Assembly (NCBI GenBank): GCA_963733375.1
Contig: CAVTDB010000025.1
Span: forward strand, 64,001 to 128,000
Source of the DNA: Nitrospirota bacterium
Lineage (GTDB): Bacteria; Nitrospirota; JACRHJ01
Length of the DNA stretch: 64,000 bases
Direction of reading: 5' to 3'
How positions within the stretch are numbered: position 1 is the stretch's first letter; each line of letters begins with the position of its first letter. Positions 32,937-40,636 of the stretch are shown here, piece by piece. Both the position numbers and the translations under genes were made by a program. Below the pieces are notes generated by a model. That model was not told the origin of the DNA. It saw only the letters and a program-made list of their open reading frames with translations, and ran no database searches.

Positions 32937-33233
32937 ATGACAGACAGGGAAACTTCAAAAAAGCTTGGGCTGGTAGGCGGTGGAGCAGGGCTGGTGATGT
33001 TCCTTCTGTATGGTCTCCTCCAGGGCGCCCTTTTAGGTGGTACGGCGGGCGTGCAGGCTGGGATGGCGACGGGAGAGATGGTACAGAGAATTCTTGCGGC
33101 CGCCGGGATGGTAGCCGGTATGGCGGTTACAGCAATAATATTCATAACCGGAGGGTTTACCTTCGGCAGGATAATCGGATTGGCGGTAGACGCCGCCAGG
33201 AAAGAAGCGCACGTAGAGAAGGCGGTCAACTAA
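32937..33233 (+). CDS. Small glycine-zipper membrane protein, paralog 1
   Basis: KKLGLVGGGAGLVMFLLYGLLQGALLGGTAG; RBS AAGGAGG. Confidence 0.85.
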   Translation: MTDRETSKKLGLVGGGAGLVMFLLYGLLQGALLGGTAGVQAGMATGEMVQRILAAAGMVAGMAVTAIIFITGGFTFGRIIGLAVDAARKEAHVEKAVN

Positions 33234-33292
33234 AAGGCGGCCATGACTGCGGGATGCGTTAGGATCACTTAATTCGGGAGGAGGAAAATAAA

Positions 33293-33646
33293 ATGACGAC
33301 AAAAACGGCGATAGTTAAAAAATGCGGGTTGGTTGGCGCGGGCGCTGGCATAGCACTTTTCGCGGTATTCGGACTGCTCCAGGGCGCTCTCCTTGGCGGC
33401 ACCGCGGGCGTGGCGGTGGCAAACCATATATTCGGGGCCAATACCTTCGAGGTAATGGCGGGCGACCTGCTTCCGAGGATTATAGTAGCCGCATGCATGG
33501 TGGCCGGGGTCGGAGTAGCCTTCGCCATCCTGGTCTCCGCGGGTACGATGGTCGGCGTCGTCGCCGGATATCTGCTGGCGCTTGCGCAGCAGAAAGAAGA
33601 AGCAAATGAAACCACGCTCGCGCCGGAATCAAACAAGGGCAGGTAG
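33293..33646 (+). CDS. Small glycine-zipper membrane protein, paralog 2
   Basis: KKCGLVGAGAGIALFAVFGLLQGALLGGTAG; RBS GGAGGAGG. Confidence 0.85.
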   Translation: MTTKTAIVKKCGLVGAGAGIALFAVFGLLQGALLGGTAGVAVANHIFGANTFEVMAGDLLPRIIVAACMVAGVGVAFAILVSAGTMVGVVAGYLLALAQQKEEANETTLAPESNKGR

Positions 33647-33691
33647 GCAGATACATATGCAATATACACTCGGGCCACAAGGAGGCTCGCC

Positions 33692-34021
33692 ATGAAATCA
33701 AGAAACGTAATAGCCAGGAAAGCTGCTTTAGTCGGGACGGGGATAGGGCTCGCGATGTTCGCCGTGTTCGGGCTGGCGCAGGGGGCGATGGTCGGCGGAG
33801 TAATCGGGCTGGACCTTATCAACAGGACAATGGGGGCGGCAGGTGAGACCCTCATCTCCCGCATCGCGCTCGCGGCCTCAATGCTTGCGGGTATCCTGGT
33901 AGCCGGCATCGTCTTCATAGTGGTCTTTTCCGCCGCCGGATGGGTGGTGGGCTTTACCGCCGGATGGCTGACAGAGCCTAAAGGCGCGCCGGAATATCAC
34001 GCGGAAAAACCTCGGCCATAA
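33692..34021 (+). CDS. Small glycine-zipper membrane protein, paralog 3
   Basis: RKAALVGTGIGLAMFAVFGLAQGAMVGGVIG; RBS AAGGAGG. Confidence 0.85.
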   Translation: MKSRNVIARKAALVGTGIGLAMFAVFGLAQGAMVGGVIGLDLINRTMGAAGETLISRIALAASMLAGILVAGIVFIVVFSAAGWVVGFTAGWLTEPKGAPEYHAEKPRP

Positions 34022-34031
34022 AGCAATACCA

Positions 34032-34062
34032 TTCCCGCCTCTCAACGGGGGCGGGATATTTT
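34032..34062 (+). terminator. Intra-operon hairpin (weak terminator or RNA-stabilising stem)
   Basis: TTCCCGCCTC-tcaac-GGGGGCGGGA-TATTTT. Confidence 0.55.
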
Positions 34063-34084
34063 ATGTCAAACGGAAGGAGCGGCC

Positions 34085-34726
34085 ATGTCTAAGACGTCGA
34101 AAAAATGGGGGATGGTCATCGACCTTACCCGGTGCACGGGCTGCCACACCTGCAGCGTCGCCTGCAAGGCCGAGAACGATGTCCCGCCGGGGGTATTTCG
34201 GAGCTGGGTAAAAATCCTGGAGAAAGGCGTATACCCGGACGCGAAAAGCTACTCCCTGCCGGTGCTCTGCAACAACTGCGAGAACGCGGTGTGCGTGCGC
34301 GTCTGTCCGGCGACCGCCTCCTATAAGAGGGATGACGGCATAGTGATGATCGACCCGCACAAGTGCGTGGGCTGCAAGTACTGCATGGCGGCATGCCCTT
34401 ATCAGGTGCGCCACATAAACCCCTTGAGGCGCTACGCCCAGAAATGCTTCTTCTGCAGCCACAGGATCGACGCGGGCCTGCAGCCCGCATGCGTCGAGGC
34501 GTGTCCTTCCGGAGCGCGCGTCTTCGGAGACTTGAACGACCCGGATTCCGAGATATCGAAGATCCTTGTCAAAAATGCCGTCTCCGTATTGAAGCCCGAA
34601 GCGGGCACGAAGCCTAACGTATTTTACATCGGCCTGGACAAAGACATCGCCGACCCGCTAAGCGGCGTGGACATCGAGCGCTTCCAGGAGCACGACATAA
34701 AATCCCTCGAAGACATTTTCGGCTAA
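34085..34726 (+). CDS. NrfC/PsrB/TtrB-type 4x[4Fe-4S] electron-transfer subunit
   Basis: CTGCHTCSVAC, CNNCENAVCVRVCP, CVGCKYCMAACP, KCFFC, PACVEACP. Confidence 0.95.
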   Translation: MSKTSKKWGMVIDLTRCTGCHTCSVACKAENDVPPGVFRSWVKILEKGVYPDAKSYSLPVLCNNCENAVCVRVCPATASYKRDDGIVMIDPHKCVGCKYCMAACPYQVRHINPLRRYAQKCFFCSHRIDAGLQPACVEACPSGARVFGDLNDPDSEISKILVKNAVSVLKPEAGTKPNVFYIGLDKDIADPLSGVDIERFQEHDIKSLEDIFG

Positions 34727-34744
34727 AAGGGGAGGATTAAAAAA

Positions 34745-35659
34745 ATGGAAATGAACCTCTTGTACAACGTGCCGCACGAGTTCGCGCTCTCACCCATAAT
34801 CTCACTCTACTTCTTTTTATTAGGCGTGGGCGGCGGCTGTTCGCTCCTGTCGGTATGGGCGACGCTCACGGGCAAGACCGCCTACAAACCTCTCGCCAAA
34901 ATCGGGGCCGTATTCGTCGTCCTTCTTTTTTCAGGGGCGCCGGTGCTGCTTATCGTGGACCTGGGCCAGCCGCTTCGGTTCTGGTACTTTATGACGCTCT
35001 TTAATGCGACCTCGCCGCTTAGCTGGGGCGCTGTCTTCCTTATGGCCTACCCGGTCTTCGCGGGCGCATACATTATCTTCCTGTTCCTGGGCATAACGAA
35101 AATCTATAAGATCCTGGCCAGGGCCCTCCTGCCGGTAGCGATCGGATACGTCACCTACATCGGTTTTGCCGTAGCACTGGGCATCGGGACTTCGGCATGG
35201 AATACGCCTATAATGCCTGCCTACTTCATCTCCGGGGCGATGACCTCAGGGATTGCGCTTATGACCATGGTCGGCATCATACGCCACCGGCTCCTCTCTA
35301 ATTTATGGGACCCGGAAATGGCAAATGCGGATACCGAAATCATCATAAAGCTGGCCAGGTTCGCGGCGCTCTTCCTGCTCATCAACCTGTTCTTTATATT
35401 CTCTCAGCAGGTGCATATGCGCTTCGGCTCGGAGTGGTCCGTGCTTGCGGCGCAGCTCTTGCTCTCCGGCAAGATGGGCATGAACTTCGGCCTGTTCACG
35501 CTCGCGCTGGGGACGGTCCTCCCGCTCGCCGTGCTGGCGGTGCCGAAATTAAACCGGAACATGGCGGCGCTGTTCGTTATCATGTTCTTCGCGGAACTGG
35601 GTATCCTCGTGATGAGATTTTCCATCACCACGGGCAGCCAATACCTGCCGATAATGTAG
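34745..35659 (+). CDS. NrfD/PsrC-type membrane quinol-interacting subunit
   Basis: YFFLLGVGGG, LIVDLGQPLRF, TSPLSWG, WNTP; about 8 TM helices. Confidence 0.92.
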   Translation: MEMNLLYNVPHEFALSPIISLYFFLLGVGGGCSLLSVWATLTGKTAYKPLAKIGAVFVVLLFSGAPVLLIVDLGQPLRFWYFMTLFNATSPLSWGAVFLMAYPVFAGAYIIFLFLGITKIYKILARALLPVAIGYVTYIGFAVALGIGTSAWNTPIMPAYFISGAMTSGIALMTMVGIIRHRLLSNLWDPEMANADTEIIIKLARFAALFLLINLFFIFSQQVHMRFGSEWSVLAAQLLLSGKMGMNFGLFTLALGTVLPLAVLAVPKLNRNMAALFVIMFFAELGILVMRFSITTGSQYLPIM

Positions 35660-35672
35660 AGGAGAGCCGGAC

Positions 35673-37835
35673 ATGTCAAAAATAAAAAGAAGGAGTTTCC
35701 TTAAATACACCTCCGCGGGCGCGTCCTTTTTAGCCGTGGACCGTCTCTTCGGCAACCTCTTCGCCGCCCAGTCCACCTTCGAAAGAGGCGGCTATGCGGA
35801 CCGCTGCACGGAGAAGAGGGTCAAGGGCGTGCCTACCACCTGCACCGGCTGCTTCGCCCACTGCGGCATGGTCGCCTACGTCGCCGACGGCCAACTGATG
35901 AAAATGTCGGGCAACCCGGCGCACCCGGTCAATAAGGGGACGCTGTGCATGACGGGCGAGGCTTCGGTTTACAAGCTGTACGACCCGGAAAGGGTGACAA
36001 AGCCCTTAGTTAAAGCAGGCAAGCGCGGCCAGAACAGATGGAAGGAAGTAACCTGGGAAGCGGCCCTGGCCATAGCGGCTGAGAATATCAAGGCCAAAGG
36101 AAACCGCGGGGTAGTCCTGGAGACGCTGGGCGGCTCCTCGGAACACGGCAAGCAGGGAATTCCTCTCAAGCATCGGCGGCGGGACGCTTGCCTCCCACGG
36201 CTATGCCGTCTCCCCAAGCCGCGAAATGGCGCTTCGGGATACGTTCGGGGCCCCTTACGACCTGCCTGACATAATGAACGCCGAATACATACTGAACTTC
36301 GGCGCAAACCCGTACGAGTCGGATTACCAGGGCATCAGGACCGTGCAGGGCATGGCAAGCCGGAAAGCGAACAAGGCGGCGGTCAAGATAGTCACCTTCG
36401 ACCCAAGGCTCTCCATGACCGCCGGCAGAGGCGACGAATGGTATCCGCTCCTGCCGGGGACGGACGCCGCGGTCGCACTGGCAATGGCGCATGTGATAAT
36501 GAACGAAGGCCTCTTCGACAAGGCATTTATCGAGACTCACACCAACACCAGCGTCAGCCAGTTGACTGCCCACCTTGCCCCTTACACTCCGGCCAAGGCT
36601 GAGTGGATAAGCGGCGTACCGGCGGAGGACATCCGGCGGGTCGCCATCGAATATGCCTCGGCTGACAAGGCCGTGCTGTTGACGGGCGGGGGGGTATCGA
36701 AGCACCGGCAGCGGTACGATGAACGAGAGGGCGGTGCGGCTTCTGCCCATAATCACGGGCAAGATAAACAGAAAGGGCTGCAACGTCATCCCGGCGGCCA
36801 CAGGCTTCGCGGGTAAGCGCGTGCAGGAGATGACCCCGGAAAGATTTCACGGCAGGCTTCAGGCGGGGACTGCTAAGGCTGGCGTATATATCGTGCAGGG
36901 GGCGGACCCGGTTTACAGCTCGCCGGTGGCCGCGAACATGGGCCGTGCCCTGGCAAGCGAAGAGGCGGTCCCGTTCCTGATGTGCATCGATACCAATATA
37001 ACCGACACCGGGCGGTTCGCAGACCTGATCCTGCCCGCCTCGACATTCCTGGAGGAGTACGGGCTGGAACTCTCGCACGGGCAGAAGGGCGAGGCGGTTT
37101 ATGGATACCGCAAGCCCGCCGTACAGCCCATCGGCGATTCAAGGCCGTATGTCGAGGTGCTGTCGGCGCTCGCGGCGCAGGCTTGGGAAACCTCTTTCAT
37201 TCGAGGATTCCGAGCAGTACGCGCGCAAGCTGCTGGCGGAGGCGCCCGGCCTTCCCGCTAACGGCGTCCTGGCGGCCATGGATTCGACCGGCTTTTACTC
37301 GCATCCCCGGCGTCTGCCGGCGGGAAGACAAGGATAGAGGCGGCCTGGGGCAAGGAACTCCCGGCGTTTATTCCGCCGAAGGAGTATAAGGACTATCAAA
37401 AACGACGCCCTCGTGATGGTCACTTACGCCCCTTCGGCCTACCGGGAGGGCTTCACGGAGAACAACCTGTTTACGAAGGAGATAGCCCACACGAACAATG
37501 CCTTCATAAACACCCAGACCGGGCAGCGCCTGGGGCTTAAGTCCTGGGATAAGGTCAGGATAATATCTCCCGCGGGGAAGGCGGAGGCGTTGGTGATACT
37601 CTCTCCGGGCATACATCCGAAGGTCCTGGCCATAGCGCGTGGCTGCGGCCACGAGGGCTGGGGGAATATAGAGAACGCGGAGAAGTTCGACAGCTCCGAC
37701 CCGTCCACCAGCGTCATCTGGTGGGAAGGCGACGGAAAGGGCATTAACACCAGTACGCTGGTCCCGTTCAATATAGACGAGGCGTCCGGTGGACAGGGCT
37801 GGATGCTCACGGCCGTAACCCTTGAGAAGGCGTGA
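35673..37835 (+). CDS. Tat-exported DMSO-reductase-family subunit (Psr/Ttr/Arr/Arx-like fold) with atypical active-site motifs, frameshifted
   Basis: KRRSFLK Tat motif, CTGCFAHC..C FS0 motif, LYDPER, DPRLSMTA, PGTD, ADLILPA, and a C-terminal molybdopterin-binding-like domain. Confidence 0.88.
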
Positions 37836-37848
37836 AGAGGAGCGAAAA

Positions 37849-39207
37849 ATGGCAAAAAAATTGATGGATATGCTGATGAAGGTCCCAGCCATAGAACTTA
37901 AGCCGCTCTTCTCGAAACTCATGGGGGTAAAGAGGGCTTACATAGTGGCTCTACTCGTGGTGATTGCCGTACCGGCGATTTTACTGACCTACGGCTTCGT
38001 CCACATGGTCGGCACGAGCAAGGTATACTGCCTCAACTGCCACGTAAACCAGAGGAACATGGGTTACTGGAAAGCCTCGGCAGTACACCCGAACGTCTCG
38101 TGCAACAGCTGCCATGACGTCGACAACAAGGGCGCAAAGAGCGCGGCGCTCCATTTCAGCTTCTCCGCGAAAGGCGACGTCGTATCCAGCCACTGCGTGG
38201 GATGCCATAAAGACCTGGACAAAGGCGTCGGCTTCGACGCAAAGGTCAGGACGCGTCCCGTAAGCGAGCTTATCCGCATCCCCCACGCAATGCACATAAA
38301 GGAACTGGGGATAAAATGCACCTACTGCCACAGCAACATCTACCACGAAAGGCGTCCAGGCAAGTACGCCACGTACAGGCCGACGATGGGGACCTGCTAC
38401 ACCTGCCATGACAAGGAGAAAATGGCCTGTAATTCCTGCCATCCGGAAGGCCTGCCAAGCGCCCTGCCCATAAGCGGCAAGATAGGCGGCGGCATGCTGA
38501 TATATAACCCGTCGGGCGCGGGCGAGGTGGTATTCAGCCACAAGAGCCATGCGGCGAAGGGGTTTAAGTGCGGCGACTGCCACGGAGGAGTCTTCAATAT
38601 GCGCCATACGGACGGCGTAATCACGATGTCCCGGATGTACGGCGGCAAGGACTGCGGCCACTGCCATAACGGTAAGACAGCGTTCGCCTCGACCCAGTGC
38701 ACCCGCTGTCACAGGGGCGGCGCGTCAGGCGGCGGCACAATAGAGTTCTCCGGCGGCGGGTACGGCAAGGTCGCCTTCAGCCACGACGCGCACATCGCCA
38801 AGGGCCTGAAATGCGAGAGCTGCCATGTTGCCATCTTCAATTACAAGAAGACCGGCGGCATGACCATGAGCGCGATGGACAAGGGCCGGTACTGCGGGGC
38901 CTGCCACGACGGTAAAAAAGCGTTCGCGGCCAATGAGTGCGGCAAGTGCCACGAGGGCGGCAAGAAGGACGGCGGCACCATCACCTACTCAGGCGGCGGC
39001 ACCGGCAAGGTCACCTTCAGCCACGACAACCATATCGCGATGGGCCTTCAATGCGGGCAGTGCCACGCGAAGCTGTTCGGGTACAAGAAGACCTCCGGCA
39101 AAATGACGATGGCCGGGATGGGCAAGGGCCAATTCTGCGGCGGCTGCCACAACGGCAAAAAGGCATTCGCGGCGGACGACTGCGGGAAGTGCCATGCGAT
39201 GAATTAA
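37849..39207 (+). CDS. Membrane-anchored 15-heme cytochrome c (NapC-like N-terminus + four c7 triheme modules)
   Basis: 15 CxxCH counted; repeats of VxFSHxxH...CxxCH...F...TM..M..G..CGxCHxGKxAF...CxxCH. Confidence 0.93.
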   Translation: MAKKLMDMLMKVPAIELKPLFSKLMGVKRAYIVALLVVIAVPAILLTYGFVHMVGTSKVYCLNCHVNQRNMGYWKASAVHPNVSCNSCHDVDNKGAKSAALHFSFSAKGDVVSSHCVGCHKDLDKGVGFDAKVRTRPVSELIRIPHAMHIKELGIKCTYCHSNIYHERRPGKYATYRPTMGTCYTCHDKEKMACNSCHPEGLPSALPISGKIGGGMLIYNPSGAGEVVFSHKSHAAKGFKCGDCHGGVFNMRHTDGVITMSRMYGGKDCGHCHNGKTAFASTQCTRCHRGGASGGGTIEFSGGGYGKVAFSHDAHIAKGLKCESCHVAIFNYKKTGGMTMSAMDKGRYCGACHDGKKAFAANECGKCHEGGKKDGGTITYSGGGTGKVTFSHDNHIAMGLQCGQCHAKLFGYKKTSGKMTMAGMGKGQFCGGCHNGKKAFAADDCGKCHAMN

Positions 39208-39250
39208 GGCCGCCAAGCTCGGGGCTATGGTGGGGGAGTGAAGATAGGAA

Positions 39251-39280
39251 AGGGCGGCCGGAAACGGCCGCCCTTTATTA
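39251..39280. terminator. Bidirectional terminator between convergent operons
   Basis: AAGGGCGGCCG-gaaa-CGGCCGCCCTTTATT. Confidence 0.8.
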
Positions 39281-39286
39281 TCTCTG

Positions 39287-40636
39287 TCAGCACTTTATAT
39301 CATATCTTTTGATCTTGCGGTATAGCGTGGCAAGGTCTATTCCCAGTATCTTCGCAACAAGCTCCTTGTCCCCGGCGTTCTCGTCGATGACCTTCTGGAT
39401 ATACTCCGACTCGAACTCCTCGTGCGCTTCTTTCAAGTGCGGGCTGAACTTCCCGTCCAGGCGGTGGTTCGTGAAGCGCTCCGGGAGGTTCTCCAGGGTT
39501 ATCTCCCTGCCCTCGCAGATAACCACCGCGCGCTCTATCACGTTTCTGAGCTCCCTGATGTTACCCGGCCAGGGATAGTTTAAAAAGACCCGCTCCACGT
39601 CATGGTCCAGGTCCTTTACGGGGCTCCCGGATTCCGCCGCAATCTTCGTGATGAACTGCCTCGCCAGGAGCAGGGCGTCGTCGCCCCTCTCGCGAAGGGG
39701 CGGCATGCGTATTTCGATGACGTTCAGGCGGTAGTACAGGTCCTGCCGGAAGCGGTGCTCCTCCACCTGCCTCTCCAGGTCCTGGTTGGTCGCGGCGATG
39801 ATGCGGCAGTCCACGTTAACGGGCTTTGTCCCGCCCACCGGGATAAACTCGCGGTCCTGTATCAGCTTCAGTATCTTTACCTGGAGCCCGAGCGGCATCT
39901 CGCCTATCTCGTCCAGGAAGAGCGTGCCGCCCTGCGCCTCCTCCGCCAGGCCCCGCGCGTCGCTGTCCGCCCCCGTGAACGAGCCCTTCTTGTGCCCGAA
40001 AAGCTGGCTCTCCAGGAGGTTCTCCGGGATAGCGGCGCAGTTTATGGAGACAAACGGCATTGCCTTCCTTGGGCTGTTGTAGTGGATCGTCTTGGCGACC
40101 AGGCCCTTGCCCGTCCCGGTCTCGCCGGTGATGAGTATGTTGCTCTGGGCGGGGATGGCCCGGTCCAGCAGCCGGAACGCCTTCCTCATCGCCTCGGAAA
40201 AGCCCACTATCTCCGAAAAATCGTATTTTTTGGAAAGCTCCACTTTCAGGCTCTGGTTTTCCTTCAAGAGCCGCCGGGCCTCTAGGGCCTTCCTTACCCT
40301 CAGTTTCAGGTCCTCGTTCAAAAACGGCTTGGTAATGTAGTCCGCCGCTCCCATCTTGACCGCCTCCACGGCGGAGTCGATCGAGCCGAAGGCGGTTATC
40401 ATTATTACCGGCGTCTCCGGGAAGCCGTACTTCACATGCTTTAAGACCTCCAGGCCGCTCATCCCGCTCATCTTTATGTCCGAGATTACGAGGTCGAACC
40501 CCACGCTCTCCATGAGTTTCAACCCTTCGGCCCCGTTAAAGGCGGCTGTAACGGAATAGCCGTCCCCTTTAAGGACATGGCAGACGGCGTCGCATATGGC
40601 CTTCTCGTCGTCCACTATCAGGACTTTTTCCATCAT
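39287..40636 (-). CDS. sigma54-dependent response regulator (NtrC family)
   Basis: REC domain, GETGTGKG, GSFTGA, LFLDEIGE, WPGNIREL, C-terminal HTH. Confidence 0.96.
   Translation of the reverse strand: MMEKVLIVDDEKAICDAVCHVLKGDGYSVTAAFNGAEGLKLMESVGFDLVISDIKMSGMSGLEVLKHVKYGFPETPVIMITAFGSIDSAVEAVKMGAADYITKPFLNEDLKLRVRKALEARRLLKENQSLKVELSKKYDFSEIVGFSEAMRKAFRLLDRAIPAQSNILITGETGTGKGLVAKTIHYNSPRKAMPFVSINCAAIPENLLESQLFGHKKGSFTGADSDARGLAEEAQGGTLFLDEIGEMPLGLQVKILKLIQDREFIPVGGTKPVNVDCRIIAATNQDLERQVEEHRFRQDLYYRLNVIEIRMPPLRERGDDALLLARQFITKIAAESGSPVKDLDHDVERVFLNYPWPGNIRELRNVIERAVVICEGREITLENLPERFTNHRLDGKFSPHLKEAHEEFESEYIQKVIDENAGDKELVAKILGIDLATLYRKIKRYDIKC

Noticed and set aside
38500-39200. Near-direct DNA repeats as a possible CRISPR or DGR template
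   Set aside because: They are the coding c7 heme modules; there are no unique spacers, cas genes or reverse transcriptase.
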